A DNA stretch of 64,000 nucleotides from Vicugna vicugna (Eukaryota), in assembly GCA_013265495.1 (NCBI GenBank), contig MU058781.1, forward strand, positions 10,211,009 to 10,275,008, in the 5' to 3' direction. Each line of letters begins with the position of its first letter. The stretch's first letter is position 1. Positions 25,720 through 39,544 of the stretch are shown in pieces. The notes below the pieces were generated by a model, which saw only the letters and a program-made list of their open reading frames with translations, did no database searches and had not been told where the DNA came from. The position numbers were made by a program, and so were the translations under genes.

Positions 25720-26895
25720 GCCTCCATGTTACCAAATCTAACACATGCTCTCCAGTTCATACACTTCTACATTTCTTGTCATATTTTTTATTTGATACTG
25801 CTGACCAAGTGTTGTTATCTTGAAATTGCCTTGACCAATTGTTCTAGCTCTTTGGCTTCAGATACACCATACTCCTCTGGTTCTTCTCTATACCTTGAAA
25901 AGTTCCTCCTGCTCTTTTTAGGATCATCTTGTGCCCATCCTTTGAACAGTATGGTGTTCCAAGTGTTCTATTTTAAGTCCATTGCTCTTCTCATTCAACT
26001 CTGTCTGCTGTGGGGTTTTTATATTGTGCTCGTTATCTTTTCCTTGATGCTAGCAACTCCCAAACATAAAATCCACTTGGACATTCTGAAGCCATCTTAT
26101 ACCTAAAATGTCCATAATCATCATCATCATCATCTTCTAAGATTTACTTCTTCATCAGGACTTCTGATTTAATTTAATGCAACAATAAATCTATTCATAA
26201 AACAATCATCACGTAGGTCCCTTTATCGTATCTTTACTCATGGAACCACGGAACCCTTTGTGTGACGAAATTCTCTCCTGGGAGCCCAGTATATAAATCA
26301 GAGAAAAGCAAGGCTTGCTCTTTTTCAGTGTGTTTGAAGTGTGTGTGCTATCTGGGGTTGCGTACTGCAGACGCAGTGCACGGATTCCCACCTTCCTGGT
26401 TTTCTCTTTGCTATCAATCATGGTGACAACTGGAAAAGTGCACGTGTAAAATTACCTACCTAAAACTATTTCTACCTGCATCATTCTTCCCTAATTGGGA
26501 CTGTCACCCAACATGTGATGGTCCAGTTACACCTGCTTCTCTGTCCTCTCTCATACACGCAGCAAGCTACATCTCACTTAAATGATATTTTTCATATATT
26601 TTTGTTTTCCTGAAATGCCATTCCCTGTCCCTTGATTGGTAGTGCCTTTCTGCTCTTTAAAATCCAACTGCAGTGTAACTTCCTGTAGGGATTCTGGGTC
26701 CTGTGTTGTGGGGTGAACATCTCTCAGTATGTTGCTAGTAGGGCTTGTGGAAACATCTAAGGTATTTTCAAATCACATGAAAATCAGGCTCAAAATTCAT
26801 CATAGATGGGGCACACATTTATTCTTTTTCCATCTCTGGTGCTTAGCAGAGTGCAGGGCACAAGAGAGGTATTGATAAATGCTTATTGAGTTGTT
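25720..26895 (+). mobile_element. L2 fragments, interrupted by an unidentified insertion at ~26205-26450
   Basis: cctccatgttaccaaatctaac...; 3' end gtattgataaatgcttattgagtt. Confidence 0.55.
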
Positions 26896-27531
26896 AAACT
26901 CAACTGTCTAGTTGTGTATTATTTCACAAGCCAATATAATAAAACTGAATATTTTGTAAAAAGAGCTTAGCGATCAGAAAGAATTTTCAACTCCATTTTT
27001 CTAATTCAAGCTCCACAAGAATTTCATAAAATAGAAGCACAAATATTATTTACCCAATTTTACACTTAAAAAACAAAGTACAGAAATGTGGAATTTTACT
27101 ACCACATACTTAGTTAAAAATAAAACCAGATATAGCTAAAAGCTGTCTTTGGAATATGAAACTCAGCATTTCTTGAAATTTTGTTAACTTTTTACTCACT
27201 ATACGATTAACAAGGGCTTTTGTGGGGAGGGTCTCAAGTTGTATCACTTTTACCTTCACAAGAGTTCCTTGGACTTTTCATGATGTGTTAATGTTTCAAT
27301 AATATCCAAGAAAGTGAACTGATTGTGACTACAATATACTTGTATTAACATAACATTTTAGATTTGTTTATTCTTTTGATTTTCAAAATGTCTAATTTCT
27401 CATCATCAAATATCCCCATGTTTATATTAATGGGGCCCACGGCAACCTGACTTTGGTTTTATAGAATTTATTTTCATTAATAACCATTTTCGGCTATAAG
27501 TACTATATGGGAATCTTTTTCCTGGACATAC

Positions 27532-27744
27532 CTCTTTCACTCAGTCCGTGTAGATTTAGACCTGTTAGGAGACCTTGTTTTTCTAGACTTTTTACTTATC
27601 TATGTTGGATAGTATTTTTATGCTGTGCCTTCTTTTGAAATGCCTGCATTTCTGTCTCTTGACTCATGTGTCTGCTCTATACAAATTGCAGCTTCCTCTA
27701 AAGATCAGGGTAACACTTGTCTGCTGTCCCCATAGGTGGTGTCT
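27532..27744 (-). pseudogene. Candidate fossil exon (213 nt): TPPMGTADKCYPDL*RKLQFV*SRHMSQETEMQAFQKKAQHKNTIQHR*VKSLEKQGLLTGLNLHGLSER
   Basis: tttaaatacag acceptor, GAG|gtatgt donor; three stops; phase fit imperfect. Confidence 0.35.
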
Positions 27745-28332
27745 CTGTATTTAAACGGAAATATTTTACCTTGTTCTCTATTTTTCTGTCTTGCTGTTCT
27801 TACAGAAAATGCATTTATCTCAAGTCCAATGATTCATGAGAATAAAAGGGAAATACTTGACCTCATTTAAATTCTAGGCATGGGATTCCAGATGGTCACA
27901 ATTATGGCTGTGGGAAATTGTGCCCTAGAACTCTTTTTTTTAAAAAAAGGTTTATTAGGGCCTAGATTTGTCATCAATTTTCATGAGAATCACAAGTTTT
28001 CTGCTATCTGAAACATTTGGCCTATTTTAAAGCCAAAAGCCTGGTGCACTGTAGGTATTTTTATTTACATAAATGATTTAAAATTACTGCTTTATCCATA
28101 TTTTCAGAGGGAAACAGAAATTTCCCCTAGTTTTAATAATATAGAGTTATAGCATGATAGATTAAATAAATAAATTGACTTAAATCTCTTAATCATTCTC
28201 TTAGATACCCTCTTGCTGTGACCTCAAAAAATCTCTATTATGAAGTAAAACTTTTATTAATTACTATTGAATGCTGAGAAAATGTTCTAAGGCATTTATT
28301 TCTTTGTCAGACCATTCTCTAATCTTTCTTAC

Positions 28333-28431
28333 AGCTAAAATGAACTATGCCAGAGCAGGGCCTTGTCTTCATGAACATAGTACTTGTAACAACTGGACTG
28401 TTCTCTGCTATGCAATTAACACGAGTAAAGG
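28333..28431 (-). pseudogene. Candidate fossil exon (99 nt), frame ambiguous
   Basis: cattctttctcacaag acceptor, gtaaga donor. Confidence 0.45.
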
Positions 28432-29560
28432 CTTGTGAGAAAGAATGAGTATGAGCTTCCCAAGAAAAACAACAACAGACAACTACCAATATTAGAAAGA
28501 ACGTAAGAGGTCTGCTTACTAGAAGATTTACATGAAATTTTATTTTCACTTTTACTGTATCAATTAGACTAAGCTGATGAAGGAAATGGAAGGAGAAAAG
28601 ATATTTTAGATAGCTTCATACTGTCCATTCCACATCAAAGAAGTATATACTACTTTTAATTATTACTTCCTTGAGATGGAGAGTGAGATTACACTATCTT
28701 AAATTTAAATATGACTTTTTTTGGACAGTTAATCTGAGAATTCTGACCTGGTTGATCAGATGTCTAGAGTAATGGGTTAAGGATAAAGGATAATTAATGT
28801 CTTTGTGAACAGTGCTGGATGATTTTATCATAGCCCTGTTTATCTCCAGGGGGTCATACTCGTCATACTCACAGTATTGACAGAAAACTCAGTTGTTGTC
28901 ACCTCATAAACCTGGTTTAAATTCTTTCATATTATATCCCTTGCTAGTTGAGTGAACTTGGCCAACTATATAACCTTTTTGTAGATCTGCTTAAAAAAAA
29001 GAAAGGGTTGTAAGACCAACCTCTAATGGATTTGAGCTGATTACACAACAGCTGTGAACAGTCCAACTACCCCATGAGAAAAATGCTCTATTCAATAAAT
29101 ACTCAAATATTTGTTGTAAAGAATATAATTGGGAATTCTCCCAGTGAACTTACCTCATGTAAATTCCATGTTTGATTGTGACATCAAGAATTGATATGTA
29201 ACATTTTACTGGCCTTTAATCAGGTCCTCATTTTGTATAAAACCAGATTTCTGCTACCAAACTCTGGCTATATATCTTCCCTTTGTTAGTGGAAACCAAA
29301 AAAAGATTGAATCTCTTCCTTAACATAATTAAAGATAATGACGTTATTATAGAATTATCATTCGAGTAGAATCATTGCAAATAGATTGCAAAGAGAAATG
29401 AGTACAGGGGAAAGAATGAGAAATGCAAGAGCCAAAAGGGTACCTAATACGTTTTATCTGTATTCATATAGAGTTTCTTAAATATATTTTTATTTAAGTA
29501 TAGTCAGTTTATAACACTGTCAATTTCTGGCATATGGAGTTTTCACTATAATAGTTTTAC

Positions 29561-29762
29561 TTTTAGTTCAATGTCCTGGTTTATTTTGAATAGAAAAAGT
29601 CCAAAAAGATCTATATATCCTTCTCCACTATTTTGCAGATAACTCCATACATCAGCTTGGTGGATCTTGAGTCTAGATGGGTAGGATTTGAATGAGAAGT
29701 GCCAGAAAGTCCCCTTTGTTGTATCTTCAACAACTTTAAAACTGAGCTTTAGCATCTCAGTC
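29561..29762 (-). pseudogene. Fossil exon (202 nt, fully open, phase 2-0): TEMLKLSFKVVEDTTKGTFWHFSFKSYPSRLKIHQADVWSYLQNSGEGYIDLFGLFLFKINQDIELK
   Basis: tctttttcaacaag acceptor, gtaaaa donor; coincides with ORF 29546..29755. Confidence 0.65.
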
Positions 29763-30771
29763 CTTGTTGAAAAAGACTACGAGCCATGGTGTAAGGAAGA
29801 AATAGTAAGGCTGTTAAATGAGTCTGTGAGTGGGAGGAAGCACTTATTATTAATAAACAGGACTTTAGCCTCCAGGGCCCATCATCACCCTAGCCATCGA
29901 TTCACTTAGAAAAATAAAATGTCATTTAATTGCAGGAAAATTGCTTAAATTCTGTGTGACAAACCCAAAGAAATGTGTTCTGTAGATGGAAAAGGAAACA
30001 GAAAAGGATATAAATTAAATGTTAAGATGATTAAAATGTAATGATATAAAAAATTCACCTAGCTCCTTAGTATCTGACACAAAATTAAATAAATTTGGGA
30101 TATGTAATCACAATCAAACTAATATTATAAACTTAAAAAAAACTGCTTAAAATTGATGCTTAGGTTCCATTGTGTTGACAGCTATCTACGGAATCTGTAG
30201 AGAACACTAATTTGATAGGAATGACTTGCATGTAAAAGTCAGCTTAGATTTTAGGGTAATTGGCATCCATTTAACTTGTGAAGTCTACCTTGTTAAATAT
30301 AAATTTAAAAAAAAAAGTAACGCTAATAGAAGTGAGAAAACCATTTGACATAAGGCAGCAGTTAACTATATAAAGCCAGAATTCAAGATTCTAGAAGTTG
30401 GTAAAGATGCAAACTCCTTTACTTGCCCTTGAATTTACAAATCAATCATATGTCAGAATGAAATGTAGGAAAATGACCTGCCAAATAGTCTAAAAAAGTA
30501 ATCAGAAAATCCAGGAGAAATGGAAGTACAGAGGTTAATACAGAAATGAATGAAGTACATGATGAAAAAAGCCAGATACCTCCAAAAAGTCTTGTACCTC
30601 TTTGTAGCCTAATTTAATACTTGAATTTATTACTGGTTAACATCTCTGAGTATTCTTTCATCTTTTATGCAACATGCTTTTGTTCATATTGTTATAGTAC
30701 ATAATTAAGTACATTCTGATCTGGAGGATGATGTTAGTGAAAAGCTTCAGTACTGTTTTAGAATAACATGC

Positions 30772-30951
30772 CTCTTCTCTCCTCCTTTATCTTCCGGGTC
30801 TTTCATATTTCAACACAACAGATGCTCATTCATGCTTTCTTGCATTTGAAGCAATGAAGTGCTACTGAGGATATCCATCTCTTAATTCAAATGTCTATAT
30901 AACTATCGATGAGAGGTTTCACAGTTACTAGAAGACTTCTGCTGACAGTTT
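30772..30951 (-). pseudogene. Fossil exon (180 nt, phase 2-2): NCQQKSSSNCETSHR*LYRHLN*EMDILSSTSLLQMQESMNEHLLC*NMKDPEDKGGEKR
   Basis: Strong acceptor ctctctctccctatttatactgcag; donor gcatgt (GC-type or decayed gtatgt); phase matches the next exon. Confidence 0.5.
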
Positions 30952-32632
30952 CTGCAGTATAAATAGGGAGAGAGAGATGATCCTGGAGCCAAGATCAGAG
31001 CATTGGCTGAGGGTGTCTGAGGAAGCACAGGATAGTCAAATGCAGACTGTAGACAGAATTTAGGGATCTAAAAGTGATGAGGTGTCTATTCATTTTGAAA
31101 AATGAATAAAAGGTTGGGACAGGTTAAAGAATTTGTGAAATGAGCAGATCTGAAATGAGTAAGACACAGTTTTGTCCCCAAAGGAACTCTCAGTGCAACA
31201 GTGGGCACATGCTCACCCTTGTTTTGTTCAAGCTTCAGTCCGCTTCAGGATAGATCCTAGCTCTGCAGCTTGTTCTGTTTGACTCTGGGCAAACTGCTTA
31301 AATTTTCTGCCAACAGTTTCGTCATACTTAAAATGGTAAAGATGGCAATTGAGAGTCTAGGAGCCTCAAAATCCATCTTGTATGATTCAGAGAAAAACAG
31401 AACACTGAAAACACAATTTCAACATGAAAATGCTCAAAAATGCATGCGTTAAATACTAATATCAAGACATAACACAGAGAAAATACTCAGTAATTAACAT
31501 CTCTGATGTTTCCAGGTTTAAAAGGAAAAAAAGTGCAACAAAGGAATGAGACTAAAGCTGCATAAGAAGTCTCCTTGGCAACTTGGCAGGTAGTGGGTGT
31601 TGGAGGGAGGATGTTACCTTAATGCACTGAGAGAAAATTATTTTCAAATTAAAATTCTATACCCAGCCAAAATGTTAGTTACTGTGATAGCAAAAGCATT
31701 CTTACATGTGCAGTGACTCCTCACATATCCTTTTATAGGTAGTACATTAAGGAGCTTCTCTAGGAAAAATGAGGGAAGAAATAAAGAAATCCAAGGAGAA
31801 AGAAATGGTATAGAGAAAAATAAGTAAACAATATAATGAAAGCAATCAACAAATGACTAAGGGGAAGCAGGGTGGGAAAAATTTTTAAAAAGGAAAGATA
31901 GATAGAATGCAAGGGACTCAACTGTACTTCAATTAAAAAAAGAATGCAAGGGCATCTATATATCATATATATTCAGATTTAGGAAAAAAACATAATTAGA
32001 GCAATATAAGCAGAAAGATATTTAATAGACTATGAAATATTTTTATTAAACTAGGATAAGATTAACAGTTATTTAATCTGATATAGGACATCTTCCAACA
32101 ATGGTAGTGCTCATGGTTCATAATCATGGGAAAGGGTAGAAACATTCCCTTTAAAGTCATGACACTGGCAACAAAACCCAGAGTCACTTTTTTTCAGGGC
32201 ATAGATAGTGAAACACAAAAGGAAAAGAACTGTATGTATTAGAAAGAGAGAAAACTTGTTATTATTCACTAGTGATTTGTCTGTATATTAAGAAACAATA
32301 TAATATACAGGGAGATTATCAGAATTAATAAGAATAACATAGCAGCAAAGATCATGATGCAGAAAACACAGGAGACAGAGAAAGAGGTAGAAACATACAG
32401 GAAATGGAGAATCTTAATTCACTACTCTTAGTACACGCCAGATTAAGTAGACAGATAGGGGTATAAAAGATTGATATGTAATTAATATGGTCCTCATGAT
32501 TGTTATAGTAAATGCTGCACACTCTGAAATACAGAATCTGCATACAAGTTCCCGTGGAACCATTATAAAAATTTGCCACTTACACAGCCATGTGGAAAAT
32601 CTTAATACATTTCAAAAAATATGAGAGACAAC

Positions 32633-32995
32633 TGTCTTTGTCATTGAGGGCTGCTAAAAGGAAACACCACAGAGTGGGAGGCTTAAAGAACAGTTATTTC
32701 TCACAGTTCTGGAGGCTGGGAGATTCAAGGGCAAGGTGCTAGTTTAATTAGGCTTCCGGTGAGAGTCCTCTTTATGACTTGCAGATTGCTGCCTTCTTTC
32801 TGTGTCTTTATATGGTGGACAGAGAGAGACAGAGCAGTCTCTCTGGTCTCTTAGAAGGTCCTACCATGAGGACACCACCATCATGACCTGATCTAAACCT
32901 AAAAAATTCCCAAATCCCCACCTCTAAATATCATCACTTCGGGAGTTATGGCTTCAACATACAAATTTTGGATATAAACATTCAGACTGTAAGAA
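32633..32995 (-). mobile_element. MLT1A-type LTR nested in L1
   Basis: atttctcacagttctggaggctgggagattcaagg...ggcttcaacatacaaattttgg. Confidence 0.75.
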
Positions 32996-34139
32996 CAACA
33001 TTCTCTAATCAATGCAATGAAACTAAAACTTAATAACAAAACATGAAAAAACACTTACTTATCCATGGGAAAATTTAAACAATACTTGAGTGAAAGGCTA
33101 TTCAAGTTGGGTATGCAAAATATTGAGAAATTATCAGTAATGAAAACAGTACCTGTAAGAACAGATAATGTACAGCAAAAACCACAATCAAAAGAAAATG
33201 TATTAAATGCATCCATTAAAAATACAATGTAATAAATATCTGAATTAAAAAGCTGGAAAAGAAAAGAAAATGATCTAAATGAAAGAATAAAAGACAAGAG
33301 GAAGAAATTAATAGAGAAAAGCAGATATAAATAAGTTAGAAAACAGAAGATTAGTAGTGTAAAAATGTTAATTTTGGGGAAAGAAAACAAAAAACCACAC
33401 AGCCTCGGGTAAACCAGTTAAGGAATAAACAGATGGTGATGGGAAAAGGAGCGGGAAATGTGCCAACCAGCCACATAAGAATTTTTATGTAGAAATAACT
33501 ATCAGATCTAAAGACATTTAAGAAACAATCTTAAGCCAACTTTTAAAAAACCCTTGACAAGTATGTATAAATCTTATTGAAATGGATACAGTCTTAGAAG
33601 TTATCAACCCAAAAATTTCCACAGATTTCTCTGGAAGATAGAGAAGCTAGTTTCTCAAACATCCCAGGCCAGAATGGTTCCATTTTGAATTTTACCGAAA
33701 CTTTTAAGAGTAGATGATGCCAGTGCCATTTAAACTGGTCTAAAAAATAGGAAAAGAAGTAAAGCCTCCAAACTTTTTTAAAAATCACATTAATAAATAG
33801 ATCTGAGGGGAAAGAAAAATTGTAAGTATTTCTGTATAGGCTGAAAAAGAATTTGAAAAATTTCAATAACCATTTTTTTGGTTTCAAAACACTAAATCAT
33901 GTCTTAACATGTTAAATGTATATGTCTCTCGCAGCATTAAAAGCCAGTTTTATGGAAAACATTGGACATACTCACACTGAAGTCAGGAATGAGGCAAACT
34001 ACCAGTAGCAGCCCTAATCCTCAGCTTTGTTCTGGAGATACCAGCCCCTAGGCTGTTTGAAATTACCATGAGAATAAAGCTACAGGAATAGAATTAATAA
34101 ATTAGGATACAAAATGTATAAGATTAAATCACTACTTCA

Positions 34140-34735
34140 TATTTATCCCCCAAAAGCTGAAAACACTAATTCAAAAAGACACATGCACCCCAATGTCCAC
34201 TGCAGCATTATTTACAATAGCCAAGATATGGAAGCTACCTAAGTGTCTTTTGATAGATGAATGGATAAAGATGATGTGAGATATATTTATATACACAATG
34301 GAACATTACTCAGCCATAACAGAATCATTTGTTGACACATGGATGGACTTAGAGGGTATTATGCTAAGTGAAGTAAGTCAAACAGAAAGACAGATACTAC
34401 ATGACTTCATTTATATGTGGAAACTAAAAACCAAAAGAACATAGTAAAAGAGAAACAGACTCAGAGATAGAGAACAAACTAGGGGTTGTCAGAGGGGGCA
34501 TGTGTAGGGGGATGGCTGAAATAGGGAAAGTGCATTTTCTATTTATAAAATAAATCGTGGGATATAATGTACAAACATAAGAAATATAGTCAATAATATT
34601 ATATATAATGTATATATAATGTCTGACAGATTGCAACTAGACTCATAGTGGTGATCATTTCATAATGTATAAAAATATTGAATCATTGTACACCTGAAAC
34701 TAATATAATAAGTCAACAATACTTCAGTAAAAAGA
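34140..34735 (+). mobile_element. Younger L1 3' end nested in the older L1
   Basis: catgcaccccaatgtccactgcagcattatttacaatagccaagatatggaagc...tgtacacctgaaactaatataat. Confidence 0.85.
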
Positions 34736-36638
34736 CAGTGGTTCATATACACAGCTGGCATTCAGTTAAATGCTATAATGAGAAATAGATCCCACTTACA
34801 ACAGCAACAAAAGGATAAAATTCTTAGGAATAAATTGAAAAAAGTATACAAGGAGCCCAAGAGACTTGGAAAAAATGAGAAGACACACCATGTTCTAGTT
34901 TTGGAAGATGAAATATGTCAGGTTTCCATAAATTAATTTATGAAATTAATGTGATTCCAGTAAAATACTACTAGGGTTTTTTTTTAGCCAGCAAATTTAT
35001 TAGAAGTTTTAGAATTTCAGGGAATCATTGAAAAAAAGGAAGAGAAACAGTGGGAAGTTTCTAGGAGACTAGCCTTACCAGATACTAACATATAACACAA
35101 AGCATTAATAGTTAAAACAGTGTGGTAAATTTGCCTGGATAGACAAACCAATGAAACAGAAGGTCTAGAAATGGACTCTGATGCCTTAGGGTCAACTTTA
35201 TATAAAATACAAAGAACATCTCAAATTATTGTGGAAGATAAATAAAAAATGAGTGATGCCTAGATTCATAACCCAAACTTACACGTGGATAAATTCCCAG
35301 TGAATCCAGTGTTTAAAGGAAAAAAAAAAGAAGCAATAAAATTAGTAAAACAAAACAAAGAATAATTAATTTGTTGTAAACTTGGAGTGGAAAAAAAACT
35401 TTAAATTGTAACTCAAGACCCAGAAGCCATAAAGGAAAAGACTGATAGATTTGAATACTTAAATATTGAAATTAAAAATAAAAACCTTCTAGATGGTAAA
35501 CAGCAAGAACAACAAAATAACCCAACCTATCAGTATGGGAAAGAAACAATAACAAAGATAAACTAATATCACAGAAAAAATTCAATTTTTCTTAATGTAT
35601 CTAAAACCCCTAGAAATTTTAAAGGAAAAGACCAATAACAGTCCAATAGAAAACCAAATAAATACTTAGAGATATTAAGAATTTGTTAAACCTTATTCAT
35701 AATAAAAGAAATGTGGATAGGAGACAGAAAATTTCATGTAACAAATTAGCAAAAGTGCAGTAGTTAAATAACGTATTCTGTCAACAAGGACACAGAATCA
35801 GGGACTTCATGTGTTTCTAGTAGGAGTGCAAATTCTTACCTGATGGAGGTCAGTTTGGAAAAATCTCTTCCATATTAAAACACACACATTTCACACATGT
35901 GAAATTACATATACAAAGGAATTTTTGCAGCACCATTTCTATTAGAAAAAGATTGGAAGCAACTTAATATTCATCCATAGTGGACAAGCTAAATAAATGA
36001 TGATACATTCCATAGACTAGGATACAGTTGAAAATAAAAATGAGAAATCTTTTCTGTAGGCTGAAAAAGAATTATCTGCTGGGAGTATTGTTAGGTGAAG
36101 ATGCAAGAAACAGAACAGAGTGGACAGTGTGCTGTCCTCTGGTGGGTGTCAGGGAAGGACAAAAAATAATATATTTGAATTTGTTTCTAAGTTCAGAAAT
36201 AAATGTTGGAAGAACAAACAATTATGAAGACTATCTGAGCATAGGAATGGCAAGATAGTGTTTGCTTGGATGCTAAATAGAGGTGAGAAGGAGACAGTCA
36301 CTTAATTAAATGTGTATATTGTATAACTGTATTATTCAAAAAAGTTATTAGAAACCAAATATAGTAATATATATGCAGTAAATGTTGTAACTCAGATATA
36401 CCAAGTGCCAGGGAAGTGGTGATGAGGGGATATTCAATTACTTCTAGCTGGTAGGAAGGTTTGCAGACATAAAATGGTAACAGTATTGCTACTGGTTTTA
36501 GAATCTTGAGTAGAAATCCACCATGGAAACACGGTGGCAGGAGTGAAAATGAATTTCAGTCATTCAGACTGAATCAAAACCTTATGTAGACATGGGTGGG
36601 TTCGTGGGACCTGAAGGTTTCCTACCCTGACTACTCAC

Positions 36639-36697
36639 AAATCCTGGTGAATATGTAGTCCTCAGCCTCCTCAGAATGAAGCAAGTAGAAAGTCTAC
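36639..36697 (-). pseudogene. Candidate small fossil exon (*TFYLLHSEEAEDYIFTRI)
   Basis: ttttaaatccag acceptor, gtgagt donor; phase fit imperfect. Confidence 0.35.
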
Positions 36698-38105
36698 CTG
36701 GATTTAAAATATCGGTTTTTTCTGAGTGCAATTTTTTTTCTTATGAGATGAACACCAAAAATAAGACAAGATTTGAAAAAAAAGATCTTTAGTTATATAC
36801 CAATTATAATATTAGTGCATCAGTATCAAGATTTTGTCCACAAAATTAACAGGGTAAACCACTCATTGTGCTGAATTCTTTTCCCATGTGTGTGGTACCT
36901 TTGAGGCTGAGCAATCTTGATTTTCCCTCTCAGTCCTCTTTGTGATGATTGGCCATTTGAGAAATGATGGAATCAGTTCCAATGCATGGAAGCATGGAAT
37001 CACCTTCCCCCCTCATCCTCTTTCAAATTCCACACATCACATCTCACCAAATCCCACCTGTCCCCTTTGTAAAAGCTTCTTACCACTTTCCCTACCTTTG
37101 CACATTCCCACTGCTACTGTCTTACTTTGCTGTCTCAATACCTCCCATCTAGACTCTTCTCTCGTTTTTTCAATCCAGATTAATAATATCGTAATGCATT
37201 TTCCTTTCTCTGGCTTCTCTATCCTCCAATTTGAGAACACTGTCATAGGAAATTGTAAGGAAGATTAATGAAGTTACCAGGCTTAAGTATTTTTCTGAGG
37301 CATCCAGTGACTTATTGAGGTGCTTTCTAAATTCTCTTTCAGCACACACTTTTTTTTCCCCTGTATTGACTGCTACACCAATGGCCAGTAATGCCGCATG
37401 AATTTGTACTCTACTTAGAAATGTGTTACAATTCAGGCAGAGGTAGAGCTGCAGTTCCCTTTGTACTTCTTATATAGAATTTTTTTTGCAAGAAAATTAA
37501 CAGTATCATCAAGACTGCCTGGGTAATTTCTAGGCTATTTAAGAGAACAAATTGTTTTCAAGTGTTGGTAGGCAGTGCAGAAGAATCTATTTACATTTAA
37601 ATTATTTCCTAATTACAAATCATTATTAGCTATTAACTAAGAAAAGTCACTTAAAGACAACCACCAAGCAATGCTTTGTTAGACTTGTACTAATTATGGG
37701 GACTGGAGAATAATAAAACCAAGATTAAAAATAGTTCATAATCCATATTTCTTTTCATCAATTCAAATATACCTCCCCTCATTTCCACTAAGCCAAATGC
37801 TTGTGGTTTTATTGGACCTGCACAATATCTCAGTACAAAATAATACATATAATAGAAAGGCTGATCAATTGTCTGAATTCCAGAAATCTGATCCCTCAAG
37901 GTTATTCCCCAACTAGACTCTCCCTGGATTTTTTAAAGCCTATAATCAAAGAGGTAAAACAACACAATCCCAGAAAAGACAGCTGCAGGGGAAGCAGGGA
38001 TAAGCATTTGTCTCCACTTTGAAAACAGATTTTGGGCTCCTGTACAAGTCTTTCCAGAATTACACAAAGATTTGAGAGCAGGAGAGAAACAATGGCCCAA
38101 ATTAC

Positions 38106-38335
38106 ATTTGATTTAGCACAAAGTTCTTCAAGGCCAGACAGAAAAAAACCAAAATAGATGTCTCATCATCTACCATCGAGGTCAATTTAATGAAAGAAGG
38201 AATACAGCTCTGCTTCAGTCCTGTAATTCTATCCGGGGGCAGTATTAGCCCAGCTGATTTCACTGGGATAGAGAGATCATAGGTTCCATGTCGTGGAAAA
38301 GAGAGCACTGGAATACAGTTCACATATACTCCTTC
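38106..38335 (-). pseudogene. Fossil exon (230 nt, fully open, phase 0-2): EGVYVNCIPVLSFPRHGTYDLSIPVKSAGLILPPDRITGLKQSCIPSFIKLTSMVDDETSILVFFCLALKNFVLNQ
   Basis: cctcag acceptor, gtaatt donor; coincides with ORF 38102..38344. Confidence 0.65.
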
Positions 38336-39095
38336 CTGAGGCATGAATCGTGCTTAAGTTATAGAAGTAGGAGGAAATGATGAGAGCTATTTAAGTGGTT
38401 TGCAAACTGCGTAGTACTCTCTACAAGTAGGTGATATTAATACTGGCTGAGTGGACACTGCTAAACATATAGACCAAGAATGGCCAGCTAACTGACAGGA
38501 ATTGGAGATTACCTTCTCAAGTAGTTGTGTAAAGACATGACATGATAGCTCTTAAAAAGAGAAGGCAATGTGTGCACCATCAACACGTGTTACGTGAAAC
38601 CTGTGGGCACGTCACATCCAAAATAGCATTTGTGCTAATATATTTACGTAGACTTGGAGTGAGAGAGTAAGATGAATGAAGGAAGATCACATGGAAATGA
38701 TTTCTAATGTTTAGTTTCTGTGTAGACCAGTGGGTCACTGGTCTTCCATGTATTACTAAAGCAATCAAACAATCAAACAAATAGCACCCAGCCTGGCACC
38801 ATAAAAATCTGTCATGAACGAAGAAGTAGGATTCATCCTATTCCGTTCACATGATAGGCCCTTAACACATGTTAGCAAGTTATTTAAGAAAGGCATTGTT
38901 ACTCCTACCTAATTTTCACCTAAGCTCAATTCAGTCATTAGTGTCTCTCAACTGTCAGTCAAGCATTTGAATGTGAACTCTTTGGTTCCTCTACCAGAGA
39001 CCCCGTGCTTCTCCAAGTCCCCTAGACAGACTACCAGTTGTAACAAGCTAACAAATGTAAGGCCATCATGGTGGCCCTACGAGTGGGGAACTTAC

Positions 39096-39155
39096 CTAAT
39101 GAATGTTCTAACTGTTCTGTGCCTGAAGGCATTAGTCCCCGTCTGGTTCTTCAGT
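39096..39155 (-). pseudogene. Fossil exon (60 nt): LKNQTGTNAFRHRTVRTFIR in phase 2
   Basis: Consensus-quality sites: gttttgttttcag|A ... TAG|gtaagt. Confidence 0.65.
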
Positions 39156-39345
39156 CTGAAAACAAAACACCTTGTGAATTTAGTCAATTTGATCAAGACA
39201 AACTCTTTAATGAAGGCATGGATCAAGCCAGTTGTTTTAAGAAATTTAGTAAAACCACCAACTGAATGACCAAAATAAAATTTTTTCTTCCAATAGATTT
39301 TGTTCACAGAGTGGGTATTGTGCTATTTAGCCCACTGGTGCTTAC

Positions 39346-39521
39346 CTGCCAAATACTCACACCATGTATTCACATGCCTCTGTTACGGGCAGTGTTGTTC
39401 TGTAAGCAATGGCAGGAGAGAGCCTTCTCATAACCTCTCCGAGTAGATCCTCCTTCACTTTCAGCTGCCTGATCTCAAGGCTTGTGGGTTTCTATTTTCC
39501 CCCTTTTTTGTCAGAGATCAC
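39346..39521 (-). pseudogene. Fossil exon (176 nt, phase 0-2): VISDKKGGK*KPTSLEIRQLKVKEDLLGEVMRRLSPAIAYRTTLPVTEACEYMV*VFGR
   Basis: tttttgatgccag acceptor, CAG|gtaagc donor; phases match both neighbours. Confidence 0.65.
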
Positions 39522-39544
39522 CTGGCATCAAAAACATGACCCTC

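Larger units (their letters stand above)
31500..36340 (+). mobile_element. Old fragmented L1 (L1M/L1ME-like) with nested insertions
   Basis: A-rich L1 ORF1/ORF2/3'UTR motifs (aaaattctatacccagccaaaatg; agacccagaagccataaaggaaaagactgatagattt). Confidence 0.7.

Noticed and set aside
25717..26106. 129-aa plus-strand ORF
   Set aside because: Lies in L2-derived sequence; chance open frame.
33055..33887. Hydrophobic F/L/I-rich minus ORFs resembling membrane proteins
   Set aside because: Antisense reading of A-rich L1 sequence.
38812..38853. Imperfect hairpin (catgaacg...taggattcatccta...cgttcacatg)
   Set aside because: Too short and bulged to support a miRNA or other ncRNA call.
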